Of a stretch of DNA of 64,000 nucleotides, positions 37,740 through 49,191 are shown in pieces (the stretch's first letter is position 1; each line of letters begins with the position of its first letter). The position numbers and the translations under genes were made by a program. Source of the DNA: Mobula birostris (taxonomy: Eukaryota). The stretch covers positions 60,188,935-60,252,934 of the forward strand of contig NC_092376.1 in the NCBI RefSeq assembly GCF_030028105.1, given 5' to 3'. Under the pieces are notes generated by a model. It did no database searches and was not told the origin of the DNA. It saw only the letters and a program-made list of their open reading frames with translations.

Positions 37740-40700
37740 GAGATGCTGGATTGCATAAAGGGAGAGAGAGTTTAAAAGAAGCAAGGAGGGGCAGCCTGCA
37801 CATTTCCCACAGTTCCCGACGAGACACTAGATCGCGCAAAGTTAGGCACTTGAGAAGGACCAATAAAAAGAAGTTTTAGCAGGACGTCCATTGTGTGGAC
37901 GCCAGTGTTAGAGTGGGGAGTTGAGGCTTCAGCTCATCAAGGCTTAGGAGAGGTGTAGGCCATATGGAGATTTTTTTGTTGTTGTTGTTTATTCTTTATT
38001 TCTTTTTTATTGAACATTTAGAGCTGTGGGGTTGCCAGACAGGATACTGGAATGCTCCTCTTGTGAGATGTGGGAAGGCAGGGAGACCTCCAGTGTCCCT
38101 GATAACTATACCTGCGAGAGGTGCATCCAGCTGCAGCTTCTAACAGACCATGTTAAGGAGTTGGAGCTGGAACTGGATGTACTCCGGATCATCTGGGAGG
38201 CTGAAAAGTTGATAGACAGGACATACAGGGAGGTAGTTACACCCAAGATGCAGGACACAGATAACTGGGAGGGGGAAAGGGGATAGGTAGCCTCTGTGGC
38301 TGTTCCCCTCAACAACAGGTGTATCACTTTGGATACTGTTGGTGGAGGGGGAATGGAGATTGCTCTAGCAGAGGAAAGCCACAGCAGTTAGGTTCTGGTA
38401 TTCGGTCATTTACTGCCCCCCCCCTTCTGAGTCTGGCTCCCTAGCTCAGAAGGGAAAGGGGGAGAGGTAGTGATCGAGAAATTGTTGGTTAGGGGAACAG
38501 AAAGGAGGTTCTGTGAATGAGAACGAGATTCCTGGATAGTTTTTTTGCCTCCCAAGTGTTAGAGTGAGGGACATCTCAGACTGAGTGCACAGCGTTCTTC
38601 CGTGGGATAGTGAGCATCCAGTGGCCATGGTCCACGTTGGTACCAGCGACATGGGTAGGAAAAACTGTAGACATTTCAGGCCAAGATGCTTCATCAGGAC
38701 AGTTGAAGGGGTCTCACCATGAAATGTCGACTGTTTACTCTTTTCCATAGATGCTGCCGGGCCTGCTAAATTCCTCCAGCATTTTGTACACGTTGCTTGG
38801 ATTAGGACAAGTTGTTTTCTGACAAAGATATACTTAGTAAGTGGGAGGCCTTCAGAAGTGAATTCTTGAGATTACACAGTAAAAGGCAAGGATAACAGGT
38901 TTAAGGAACCTTGGCTTTTGAGAGATATTGAACCCCTGGTTAAGAAAAAGAGGAGGTGCAGAGCAGATATAGGCAAGCAGGAACAAATGAGGTACTTGAG
39001 GAGTATAAAAAATGCAAGAGAACACTTAAGGAAATCAGAGGGCTAAAAGAAGACTGGAGGTTGTTCTAGTGGACAAGGTGAAGAAGAATCCAAAGATCTT
39101 CTACAAAGATATTAAGAGCAAAAGGATTACAGGGGACAAATTTGGTCCTCTGCAAGATCAAAGTGGTAACCTATGCATGGAGCCGAACGAGATGTAGGCG
39201 ATCTTAAATGGATTTTTAACATGTGTATATAATCAGGAGATGGACACAGAGTCTATAGTTGTGAGTCAAAGCAGCAGAAAGGCCATGGACCCTACACAGG
39301 TTACAGAGGAGGAGTTGTTTGCTCTTTTGAGGCAAATTACAGTGGATAAATTCCCAGGGCCTGACAGTGTGATCCCTCGGACCCTGTGGAAGGTTAGTGC
39401 AGAAATTGCAGTGGCCCTAGCAGAGATATTTAAAACATATTTAGCTACAGGTGAGATGCTGGAGGATTGGACAATAGCTAATGTTGTTCCAAACAAGAGA
39501 AAATCTGCAGATACTGGAAATCCAAGAAACACACACAAAATACAGGAGAAACTCAGCAGGCCAGGCAGCATCTGTGGAAAAGAGTACAGTCAATGTTTCT
39601 GGCCGAAACCCCTCAGCAGGACTAGAGAAAAAAAATGAGGAGTTAGAGTTAGAGGGAGGGGAGGGAAAAACACAAGGTGAAAGATAAAACCAAGTGGGGG
39701 GTAGGGATGGTAAAGAGTTGGGAAGTTGGTTGGTAAAAGAGATACAGAGCTGGAGAAGGGTGAATCTAATTGGAGAGGACAAAAGGCCAAGGAAGAAAGA
39801 AAAGGGGGAGGAGCAACAGAGAGAGGCAATGGGCAGGCAAGGAGATAAAGTGAGAGAGGGAAAAGAGGATGGGGAATGGTGAAGGGGGGGCCATTACTGA
39901 AGGTTCAAGAAATCAATGTTCATGCCATCAGGTTGGAGGCTATCCAGAAGGAATATAAGAAAAAAATGTTCTATTGTTTAAGAAAAAGCTCTAAGAATAA
40001 GCCAAGAAATTATAGGCCAGTGAGCCTGATATCAGTATTGGAAAGTTATTGGAAAGTGTTCTAAGGGGACCAGATATATAAGTATTTAGGTAGAGAAGGA
40101 CTAATTAGCGATAGCAAACATGGCTTCGTGCATGGGACAGTTGGTTGTGACTAACCAATCTTACAGATTTTTCATGGAACTTATCAGGGAAGTTAATAAA
40201 GGCAAGACAGTGGATGTTGTCTACATGGACTTTAGCAAGGCCTTTGACATGAGATGTTGGTCAGAAGGTTCAGTTGCTTGGCATTCAAGATGAGGGATTA
40301 AATTAGATTTGACATTTGCTTCACAGAAGAAACCAGAGAGAGGTTGCAGGTGGTTGCTTCATTGACTGGAGGTTTGTGACTAGTGGTATGCCACAGGGAT
40401 CGGTGCAGGGTCTGTTGTTGTTTGCCATCTATATCAATGATCTGGATGAGAATATGGTAAACTGGATCAGCAAATTTGCGGATGACACCAAAACTGGAGG
40501 TGTATTGGACAGCAAAGAAGACTATCAAAGCTTGCAGTGGGATCTGGAGCAACTGGAAAAATGGTCCTAAAAATGGTAGATGGAAATTTATTGCAGACAA
40601 GTTTGAGGTGTTGCAATTTGGTAGAGCCAACCAGAGTAGGTCTTACACAGTGAATAGTAGGGTGCTGAGGAGCGCGATAGAACAGAGGAGTCTGGGAAAA

Positions 40701-41356
40701 CAGATCCATAATTTCTTGAAAGTAGCATCTCAGGTGGATAGGGTCACATGGGAAGCTTTTGGGACATTGACCTCCATAAATCAATATGTTGAGTACAGGT
40801 GTTGGGATGTTATGTTGAAGTTGTGTAAGACATTGGAGAGGCCTAATTTGGAGTATTATGTGCAGTTTTGGTCACCTACCTGCAGGAAAGAAAGAAATAA
40901 GATTAAAAGAGTGCAGAGAAAACTTTTAAGTATGTTGCTTGGACTTGAGGACCTGAGTTATAACAAAAGATTGAATAGGTTAGGCCTTTATTCCCTAGAA
41001 CATAAAAGACTGAGGGGAGATTTGATAGAGGTATACAAAAATATAAGGAGTATATAGGGTAAATGCAAGCAGTTGAGACTACAACTGGAGGTCATGGATT
41101 AAGGGTGAAAGGTGAAACATTTAAGGGGACTATGAGGGAGAACTTCCTCACTCAGAGTGTGGAACAAGTTGTTGGCACAGGTGGTGGATGCAGGGTCGAT
41201 TTCAACGTTTAAGAGAACTTTAGGTAGGTACATGGATGGGAAGGGTATGGAGGCCTGTGATCCGGGTACAAATCAATGGGATTATGCAGATTAATGGTTT
41301 GGCACAGACTAAATGGGATGAAGGGCCATCCCATCTAGTCTGTGCTGTATGACTCT
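37740..41356 (+). mobile_element. Degenerate CR1 LINE spanning ORF1 (Zn-finger/coiled coil) and ORF2 remnants
   Basis: ORF1 ILECSSCEMWE...YTCERCIQLQLLTDHVKELELEL; ORF2 pieces DKFPGPD, NYRPVSL, SGMPQGSV, KFADD, RPNLEYYVQFWSP, RLRGDLIEVYK. Interrupted by PLE pieces at about 38665-38800 and 39493-39960. Confidence 0.85.
39493..39960 (-). mobile_element. 5'-truncated PLE 3' end inserted in CR1 ORF2
   Basis: PLE tail, hammerhead relic (about 39587-39623) and the GIY-YIG C-terminal coding end. It interrupts the CR1 ANVVP|LFKK coding sequence. Confidence 0.8.
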
Positions 41357-41459
41357 TTGTTGGACTGCACTGTATCTACTACTTCTTGTAGCTTTTTCTG
41401 TGCCGTGCATATCAGATGATGGTAACAGGAGAGACAAAAAAACTTAGTACTGTATTACA

Positions 41460-41683
41460 GCAACACACACAAAATGCTGGAGGAACTCAGCAGGCCAGGC
41501 AGTATCTATGGAAAAGAGTAAACAGTCAATGTTTGGGGCTGAGGCCTTTTATGTGAAGGATCTTGGCCCGAAATATCAACTGTTAACTCTTTTCCATAGA
41601 CGCTGCCTGGCCTACTGAGTTCCTCCAGCATTTTGTGAGTGTTGCTTTGATTTCCAGCAACTGCAGATTTTCTCTTGTTTTTG
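41460..41683. mobile_element. ~225-bp inverted (hairpin) PLE-derived insertion
   Basis: The minus arm starts GCAACACACACAAAATGCTGG and the plus arm ends in the full tail. Flanks AACTTAGTACTG (41441-52) and AACTTAGTATTG (41684-95) form an 11/12 TSD. Confidence 0.85.
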
Positions 41684-42399
41684 AACTTAGTATTGCAGGT
41701 GGATGACCTATGAATGGAGAAAACAAGTTACCTTAAATTATTGGAATCACTTGTGAATTTGGTAGACTGCAGAGAGTCCAGATGGGTCAAGCCAAAGTCA
41801 AAGTAAATTTTTTATCAAAGTACAAATATGTCACCATATACTACTTTGAGCTTTTGAGATTCATTTTCTTGCAGGCACTTACAGGAAAATAAATGCAATA
41901 GAATTTGTAAAAAAATATAAATAACAAATTCTGACAAATAACCAATGTGCAAAAGAAGACAAATTGTACAAATATTAAAAAACAGTAAATCAATAATACT
42001 GAGAACTTGAGTTGTAGAGTCCTTGAAGGTTGTGGAGTCAGTTCATAAGACCATAGACAAAGGAGCAGAAGTCGGCCCAGTGTTGATGCAAGTGAAGTTA
42101 TCTACGTTGGTTCAGGAGCCTGATGATTATAGGGTAATAACTCAAAGTTCAAAGTTCAAAGAAATTTTATTATCAAAGTATATATATGTCATCAGGTACA
42201 ACCCTGAGATTCATTTTATTTTGTGAGCATACTCAATAAATCTAATAACCATAATATAATCAATGGAAAACTGCACCAACAGAGCAGACAACCAACTGTA
42301 CAAGCACAAAAAGAAAGCAAATCTATAAATAGACAGACAAATAGATAGATAGATGAATTAGTAAATAAACAGATATGCAAATAACTTAATCCCGTTAGA

Positions 42400-43040
42400 C
42401 ACATTAAGTCAAATACAGCATGAAGTAACACAAGAGCTAGGAAGAAACCAACCTAAAGACCACAACAATACTATACAAGAAAATAATGAAGATACCACAT
42501 CCCGAAGCTCTGATGAAAAAGCATTATTTCAACAACTGCACTGCAGCTTGATGGTAATAGCTATAACACAGATGTAGAGCCTCTGCAAAATGTTGATGAT
42601 GAAGCTGAGCTTACAGACAAAATTATCCTAACATTTAACTTGACACTCACAGAATATGTGGGCACTGACCTAACAAAAAGACTCTACATACTAAAACAAA
42701 ACACGTCATCAAAATTTGTAAAAGTTGTTAACACTCTCAACAATATTTACTTCCATAATATTTAGGAAAACTCAAAACATTTGAAGAACTACACATAATA
42801 TCATACTGTGCAGCATTAACAGCAGCACAGTGCAATGGCTCCAGAATAGAGGTACTCATTAATAGAAACTCAAAACTGAGTAATGAAATGAGAATATCAA
42901 AATGGCGGAAGAGATTAAGAAACAAAATTGAAACCCTAAGAGCAGAATTACCACCTAATAGAAATAGATGGTCCACACAAGATACAATCAACCTAACAAG
43001 AGTTTTGCAGAATTTATAAACACACTAAAACAAAAGCTTT
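42400..43040 (+). mobile_element. Probable R4/Dong-clade non-LTR retrotransposon N-terminal relic
   Basis: Manual translation gives TEYVGTDLTKRLYILKQ...EELHIISYCAALT...SKWRKRLRNKIETLRAEL and a later LKQKL. These recall pre-RT motifs of R4/Dong ORFs. The segment is very A-rich. Confidence 0.5.
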
Positions 43041-43284
43041 GGTTTGGTGGGAAGAGTGGAAGGAGAAATTACTGAGAGTGAGGACCAGTTTCGCCAGATG
43101 GAGGAGAGTGGTGGTTGAGTACAACAGGTTGACCCATTGTTCCTGCTTGTTCCTGTCTCACCAAATTTATATCAGCATATCTCAACTCTGTTTTATCCTC
43201 TCTTCCTATCTACATCCATGATACTTCACTAGATCTTTTCCATGACTTCAAGTTCCAGAGATGCCTGGTAAAAAGCAGTTTCAC

Positions 43285-43800
43285 AAGCAAAGCTATCCCA
43301 TCATTGAGCACGTTTACTTGGAGCACTGCCGCAAAAAAGAAGCATCTATTATCAAGGTCTCCCACCATCCAGGCCTTATTTTCTTCTCACTACTACTGGA
43401 GATACAGGAGCCTTAAGACCCTCATCACTAGGTTCAAGACCAGTTTCAACGTTCAATACCATCATCCCCTGAAAAAGTAATTAATAAGCTTTAAGACCTT
43501 GGCCTCAATATATCCTTGTGCAATTGGATCCTCAGTTTCCTCACTTGCAGATCCCAATCAGTTCAGATTGGCTGCACATCTCCTCCACAATCTCCATCAG
43601 AACAGGTCCACCACAAGGTTATGTGCTTAGACTCCTGTTCCACTTACTTTACACTTATAACTGTGTAGCTAAACACAGCTCCAATGCCATATTTAACTTT
43701 GTTAATGACAAGCCAATTCAAAAGGTGGTGACAAATCAGCATATGGAAGGGAGATTAAAGATCTGGATGAGTGGTGCCACAACAACAACAACAACAATGT
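43285..43800 (+). mobile_element. Rex1/Babar-like fragments
   Basis: STISIRTGPPQGYVLRLLFHLLYTYNCVAKHSSNAIFNFVND is an RT remnant. Confidence 0.65.
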
Positions 43801-44979
43801 CTGGATGAACGTAACAATTATTTTGTGTCATTCTTCACTGTGGAAGACACTAGCATATGCCAGAAATTTGAGAGTGTCTGAAAGCAAAATTGAGTGCAGT
43901 TGCTATTGAAGGTCCTGAAAGGTCTGAAGGTAGATACACCTCTTGGACCAGATGCACTACACCACAAGATTCTGAAAGTGGTAGCTGAAGAGATTGTGGA
44001 GGCACTATTAATGATCATTCAAGAATCATTAGATTCTGGAATGGTTCTGGAGGAACCACTCTTTAAGAAGAGAGGGACGCAGAAAAAAGGAAATTATAGG
44101 CCACTTAGTGGTGTTCCACAGGGGTCAGTGTTGGGACCGCTTCTTTTCACATTATATGTCTATGATTTGGATGATGGAATTGATAACTTTGTGGCCAAGT
44201 TTGTGGACGATATGAAGATAAATGGAGGGGCAGGTAGTGTTGAGGAAGCAGGGAGTCTGCTGAAGGACTTAGACAGATTTGGCAAAGAAGTGGCAGATGG
44301 AATATAGTGTAGGGAAATGTATTGTCATGCACTTTGATGGAAGAAATAAAGGCACAGACTATCTTTGAAATGGGAAGAAAATTCAAAAATCAGAGATGCA
44401 TAGAGACTTGGGAGCCCTTGTGTGGGGTTCCCTTAAGGTTAACTTGCAGGTTGAGGTGGTGGTAAGGAAGGCAATTGCAATATGAGCATTCATTTTGAGA
44501 GAACTACAATATAAGGGGCAAAGATGTCATACTGAGGCTTGATATGGCATTGGTCAGGTCACACGTGGAGTGTTGTGACTGGTTCTGAGCTCCTTTTCTA
44601 AAAAAAGATGTGCTAGCATTGGAGGTTCACAAGAATGATTCTGGGAATGAGAGTGTTAACATATGAGGAGCATTTGATAACCTTGGGCTTGTACTCGCTT
44701 GAGCTTAGAAGAATGGAGGGGGATCTCATTGAAACCTATTGAAACACGAGAAAGTCTGCAGAGGCTGAAGATGCTGGAGGAACTCAGCAGGTCGGGCAGC
44801 ATCTATAGAAATGAATAAATGGTTGATGTTTCAAGCCGAAACCCTTTTCAGGATGGAGAAGGAAGGGGGAAGACACCAAAATAAAAAGGTGGGGGGTAGG
44901 GAAGGAGGGTAGCTGGAAGGTGATAGGTGAAGGTGAAGCCAGGTGAGTGGGAAAGGTCAAGGGTTGGAGAAGAAGGAAT

Positions 44980-46246
44980 CTGACTCTCACAGCTATCTGG
45001 ACTATTCCTCTTCTCACCCTGTCTCTTGCAAAAACGCCATCCCCTTCTCGCAATTCCTCCGTCTCCGCCGCATCTGCTCTCAGGATGAGGCTTTTCATTC
45101 TAGGACGAGGGAGATGTCTTCCTTTTTTAAAGAAAAGGGCTTCCCTTCCTCCACTATCAACTCTGCTCTTAAACGCATCTCCCCCATTTCACGTACATCT
45201 GCTCTCACTCCATCCTCCCACCACCCCTCTAGGAATAGGGTTCCCCTGGTCCTCACCTACCACCCCGCCAGCCTCCGGGTCCAACATATTATTCTCCGTA
45301 ACTTCCGCCACCTCCAACGGGATCCCACCACTAAGCACATCTTTCCCTCCCCCCGCCTCTGCATTCCGCAGGGATCGCTCCCTACACAGCTCCCTTGTCC
45401 ATTCGTCCCCCTCATCCCTCCCCACTGATCTCCCTCCTGGCACTTATCCGCGTAAGCGGAACAAGCGCTACACATGCCCTTACACTTCCTCCCTTACCAC
45501 CATTCAGGGCCCCAAACAGTCCTTCCAGGTGAGGCAACACTTCACCTGTGAGTCGACTGGGGTGATATACTGCGTCCGGTGCTCCCGATGTGGCCTTTTA
45601 TATATTGGCGAGACCCAACGCAGACTGGGAGACCGCTTTACTGAACATCTATGCTCTGTCCGCCAGAGAAAGCAGGATCTCCCAGTGGCCACACATTTTA
45701 ATTCCACATCCCATTCCCATTCTGACATGTCTATCCACGGCCTCCTCTACTGTAAAGATGAAGCCACACTCAGGTTGGAGGAACAACACCTTATATTCCG
45801 TCTGGGTAGCCTCCAACCTGACGGCATGAACATCGACTTCTCTAACTTCCGCTAGGCCCCACCTCCCCCTCGTACCCCATCTGTTACTTATTTTTATGCA
45901 CACATTCTTTCTCTCACTCTCCTTTTTCTCCCTCTGTCCCTCTGAATATACCTCTTGCCCATCCTCTGGGTCCCCCCCCCTTGTCTTTCTTCTCGGACCT
46001 CCTGTTCCATGATCCTCTCATATCCCCTTTTGCCAATCACCTGTCCAGCTCTTGGCTCCATCCCTCCCCCTCCTGTCTTCTCCTATCATTTTGGATCTCC
46101 CCCTCCCCCTCCAACTTTCAAATCCCTTACTCACTCTTCCTTCAGTTAGTCCTGACGAAGGGTCTCGGCCTGAAACATCGACTGCACCTCTTCCTAGAGA
46201 TGCTGCCTGGCCTGCTGCGTTCACCAGCAACTTTGATGTGTGTTGC
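44980..46246 (+). mobile_element. Young 5'-truncated Penelope-like element (same family as 203-5421)
   Basis: RT thumb plus GIY-YIG (ORFs 44943..45428 and 44947..45855); ends at TGTGTTGC. Flanks AAGGAATCTGA (44973-83) and AGGGAATCTGA (46247-57). Confidence 0.9.
46148..46183 (+). ncRNA. Minimal hammerhead ribozyme variant (AUC triplet)
   Basis: AGTC CTGACGA AGGGTCTCGGCCT GAAAC ATC GACT. Confidence 0.7.
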
Positions 46247-46754
46247 AGGGAATCTGATAGTAGTGGGGATTAGACCATAGGAGAAAGGTAAGGATGAGGG
46301 GACCCAGGGGGAAGTAATAGGCTGGCAAGAAGAGGTAAAATGTTAGTGTGGGGAATAGAGGAAGGTGGGGGGGGGAAGTGAGTTTTTTTTACCACAAGGA
46401 GAAATCCATCAGGTTGGAGGCTACCTATCGAATATTGAAAGACATAGATAGAATGGATGTGGAGAGGATGTTTTGTATCAGACCAGAGGGCACCGCCTCA
46501 GAATAGAGAGATGTCCATTTAGAGCAGAAATGAGGAGGAATTTCTTTAGCCAGAGCGAATCAAAACTGTGGAATGCATTGCCAAAGATAACTGGATGCCA
46601 TGTTATTGAGGATATTTAAAGTGGACGTTGATTGGTTACATGGAGCAAGCAGGAGAATGAGATTGAGAGGGATAATAAATCAGCCATGATGAAAAGGTAG
46701 AGCAGACTCATTGGGCTGAATGGCCTAATTCTGCTCCTTTGTTCTGTGGTCTTA

Positions 46755-47346
46755 TAGCTCATGGACCTTTGGCTTCTTCCTTCCACAATTAATAATCAGC
46801 TCTTTGTGTTTCCTGACATTGAGTGTGAGGTTATTATTATGACACCATTCAACGAGATTTTCAATCTCCCTCCTATATACTGACTCGTCACCATCTTTGA
46901 TTTGGCCAACAACAGTGATGTTGTTAGCATACTTGTATATGGCATTGGAGCTGTACTTAGCCACATAATCATATGTATAAAGTGAATAGTGGAGGGGCTA
47001 AGCACACATTCTTGTGGTGCACCTTTGCTGATGGTGATTGTGGAGGAGATATTGTTGCCAATCAGTACTGGCTCAGGTCTGTAAGTGAGGAAATCAAAGA
47101 TCTAGTTGCACAGGGAAGTATCAAGGCAAAGGTCTTGGAGTTTAGTGGTTAGTCTTGAGGGGATGACAGTATTGAGTACTGGGCTGTAGTCAATAAAGAG
47201 CATCCTGATGTATTCATTTTCATTGTCCAGATGTTCTGGAGATGAGTGAAGTGTCAATGAAACGGCACCTGCTGTTTATCCGTTGTGACGGTAGGCAAAT
47301 TGGAGTGCATCCATGTCACTGCTCAGGCAGAAGTTGATATATTCAT
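46755..47346 (-). mobile_element. Rex1/Babar-like LINE fragment (continues at 55932-55980 beyond the Gypsy insertion)
   Basis: AKYSSNAIYKYANNITVVGQI...LVEWCHNNNLTLNVRKHKELI. The join across the Gypsy element is colinear with the Rex copy at about 12070-12140. Confidence 0.75.
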
Positions 47347-47483
47347 TGAAATTTATAGATCTATTTATTTTTGAGCAATGACTCCTTCCCCCTTAGCACA
47401 ATATATTGATCTGTCATCTGTGCATACGCTGTTGTCTACTTGTGTGCATTGTTCTCTCTCTCTTGCTGCAATGTAAATACACC

Positions 47484-49191
47484 CAGGGCTGGACTTTAGG
47501 CAGGGCTAGGCTGGGCTACAGCCCAGGGGCCAGAGCTGCAAAGCAGCCCAAAATAGGTAGTTATCATCATGGCGGACAGAAAAAAAATATGAGAGTGGAG
47601 CACAGAAAAGAAAAAAGAGGACCGTGAGAGAGAAGCATTAAAAAAGACATTGAAATTGACAGAATTTTTTAAACCTGCTCTCAATGATGCAGCAGTACCA
47701 TCGCTCTTGTTACAGTCTGAGACCGGTGGACAAATGGAGACTTGTTCAACAGCTAGCGCTAGCACCAGCAGTAGCACAGGACCACCGTCCTTGCCACAGT
47801 CAGCAGCTAATGTTGAAGAGGCAGAGAGCATGATTTTAGGATTGTCGACCACAGAGGCCTCCAAACAACCAAGTCAGGCCGCCATTAATGTTAACGTTAC
47901 CACTACTGAGGATCCTTACAGCACTGATCCTGCTCGCCGGGGAAAGGAAACAGTAGATGATTCAGTCCGAGCATACTGGGCTAAGAAAGGGCTGGAGTCT
48001 TGCCAGAATAAGGATGTGGATATCAAAGCTTTGGGACGAGTATACAAACAGCAGAGACATTTTTCCTCCAAATTTCACTTTAAACGCAAGCTCGTAAATG
48101 GTGAGTACATATCAAGGCAATGGCTCTTATATTCCCCTTCCACCGGCTGTGTGTTTTGTTTTGTGGAGGAGATTGTCCATTTCAGGGAGTTTGTAAGTGG
48201 CGAAGATATTTCATCTGCAACAGAGCTTTTATGGTTCCTCAGAGAAAATAACTTGCAGGTCATCTTCCCAAATGTAAGCATTGCTTTGAGACTTTACCTG
48301 ACTCTCCCCATCAAAATGCAAGTGGTGAGCGATCTTTCTCCAAGCTCAAGCTAGTGAAGAACAGGCTCAGATCCACAATGGGACAGGACAGGCTGAATCA
48401 TCTTACTCTGATGTCACTTGAAAGTGATCTTGTTCGGAATCTGGATTTTAGTGATCTGATCAAGAACTTTGCTGTGAAGAAATCCAGAAGAACTAGGCTC
48501 TAATTTTAAAAAGCAAGCATCTGACTTTGTAAATATCTAGGCTTGTGTGTCAGTGCTGTTCCTGTTTCTGTGGCAATAGGTTAATAATTGACTGTGTACA
48601 AACCTAGTAAGTATACGTGGTTTTTACTCTGCAAGCCACACAGCACAGCAATAGGTTAGTATGTGCTAGATCTCAGTTTTCAAAGAGATTGTTGGAGTAT
48701 TGTCAAGTTTCCTAGTTTGCCATAGTGCTATCTCTCTTGGCCTTTTTGTCTCTCATTTCCATTTTACTTTCTCAGAACACACGGTTGAGAAAAATACCTA
48801 GATAAAAATGTTTTGTCATTGTTTGAGAAATAAGCCCTATGGTATGTGCAGCAATAGCTAAATAAAGATGTAAGACTGGGTACATCATACTTCGTCTCCC
48901 TCATAACTTTACTAAGCCAACTAAGCCTAGATCAATTTTTAAGTGCTTTAGATGCTGTCCTTCAAACTAAGAATCTGCATTACTTTCTGTCCTCCCTCTT
49001 AAGGCCTGTAAGTTTATAGCCTACATATTGTACTAAACCAATGTCTTGATCCACAGCTTTGATATTTAGACCAGTATGACCTTTGCTCTTGTTCTAGTTT
49101 TTTTGCTTGGTACAGCAGCATTTTACGGTGTCGGCAGGGGCCCATCAGGGCCTCCAGCCCAGGGGCCCTGGTCCCACTAAATCCGGCCCTG
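47484..49191 (+). mobile_element. Internally deleted hAT DNA transposon (Tip100-like) inserted in the Gypsy 5' LTR
   Basis: TIRs CAGGGCTGGACTTTAG / CTAAATCCGGCCCTG and a perfect 8-bp TSD AATACACC (47476-83, 49192-99). ORF 47650..48354 fuses the TTF-type Zn-finger start (RQWLLYSPSTGCVFCF) directly to the hATC dimerisation region (FPNVSIALRLYLTLP; then ERSFSKLKLVKNRLRSTMGQDRL in a shifted frame). Confidence 0.92.

Larger units (their letters stand above)
44744..46422 (-). mobile_element. Older PLE 3' fragment within CR1, itself interrupted by a younger PLE
   Basis: TSD ACCTATTGAA (44734-43) / ACCTATCGAA (46423-32). PLE tail and hammerhead relic at 44744-44855. Confidence 0.75.
43817..46752 (+). 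mobile_element. Internally deleted CR1 LINE hosting nested PLEs
   Basis: PLFKK...GNYRP/SGVPQGSVLGPLLF...KFVDD. The GDLIETY|RILK coding sequence is split at 44743/46423. A CR1 3' UTR runs to about 46752. Confidence 0.8.

Noticed and set aside
42509-42530. CTGATGA as another hammerhead
   Set aside because: There is no stem II plus GAAA box or NUH triplet with a matching stem I downstream.
47650-48354. Domesticated ZMYM1-like zinc-finger host gene
   Set aside because: It lies within TIRs and an 8-bp TSD, lacks the core, is frameshifted and sits inside a Gypsy LTR.
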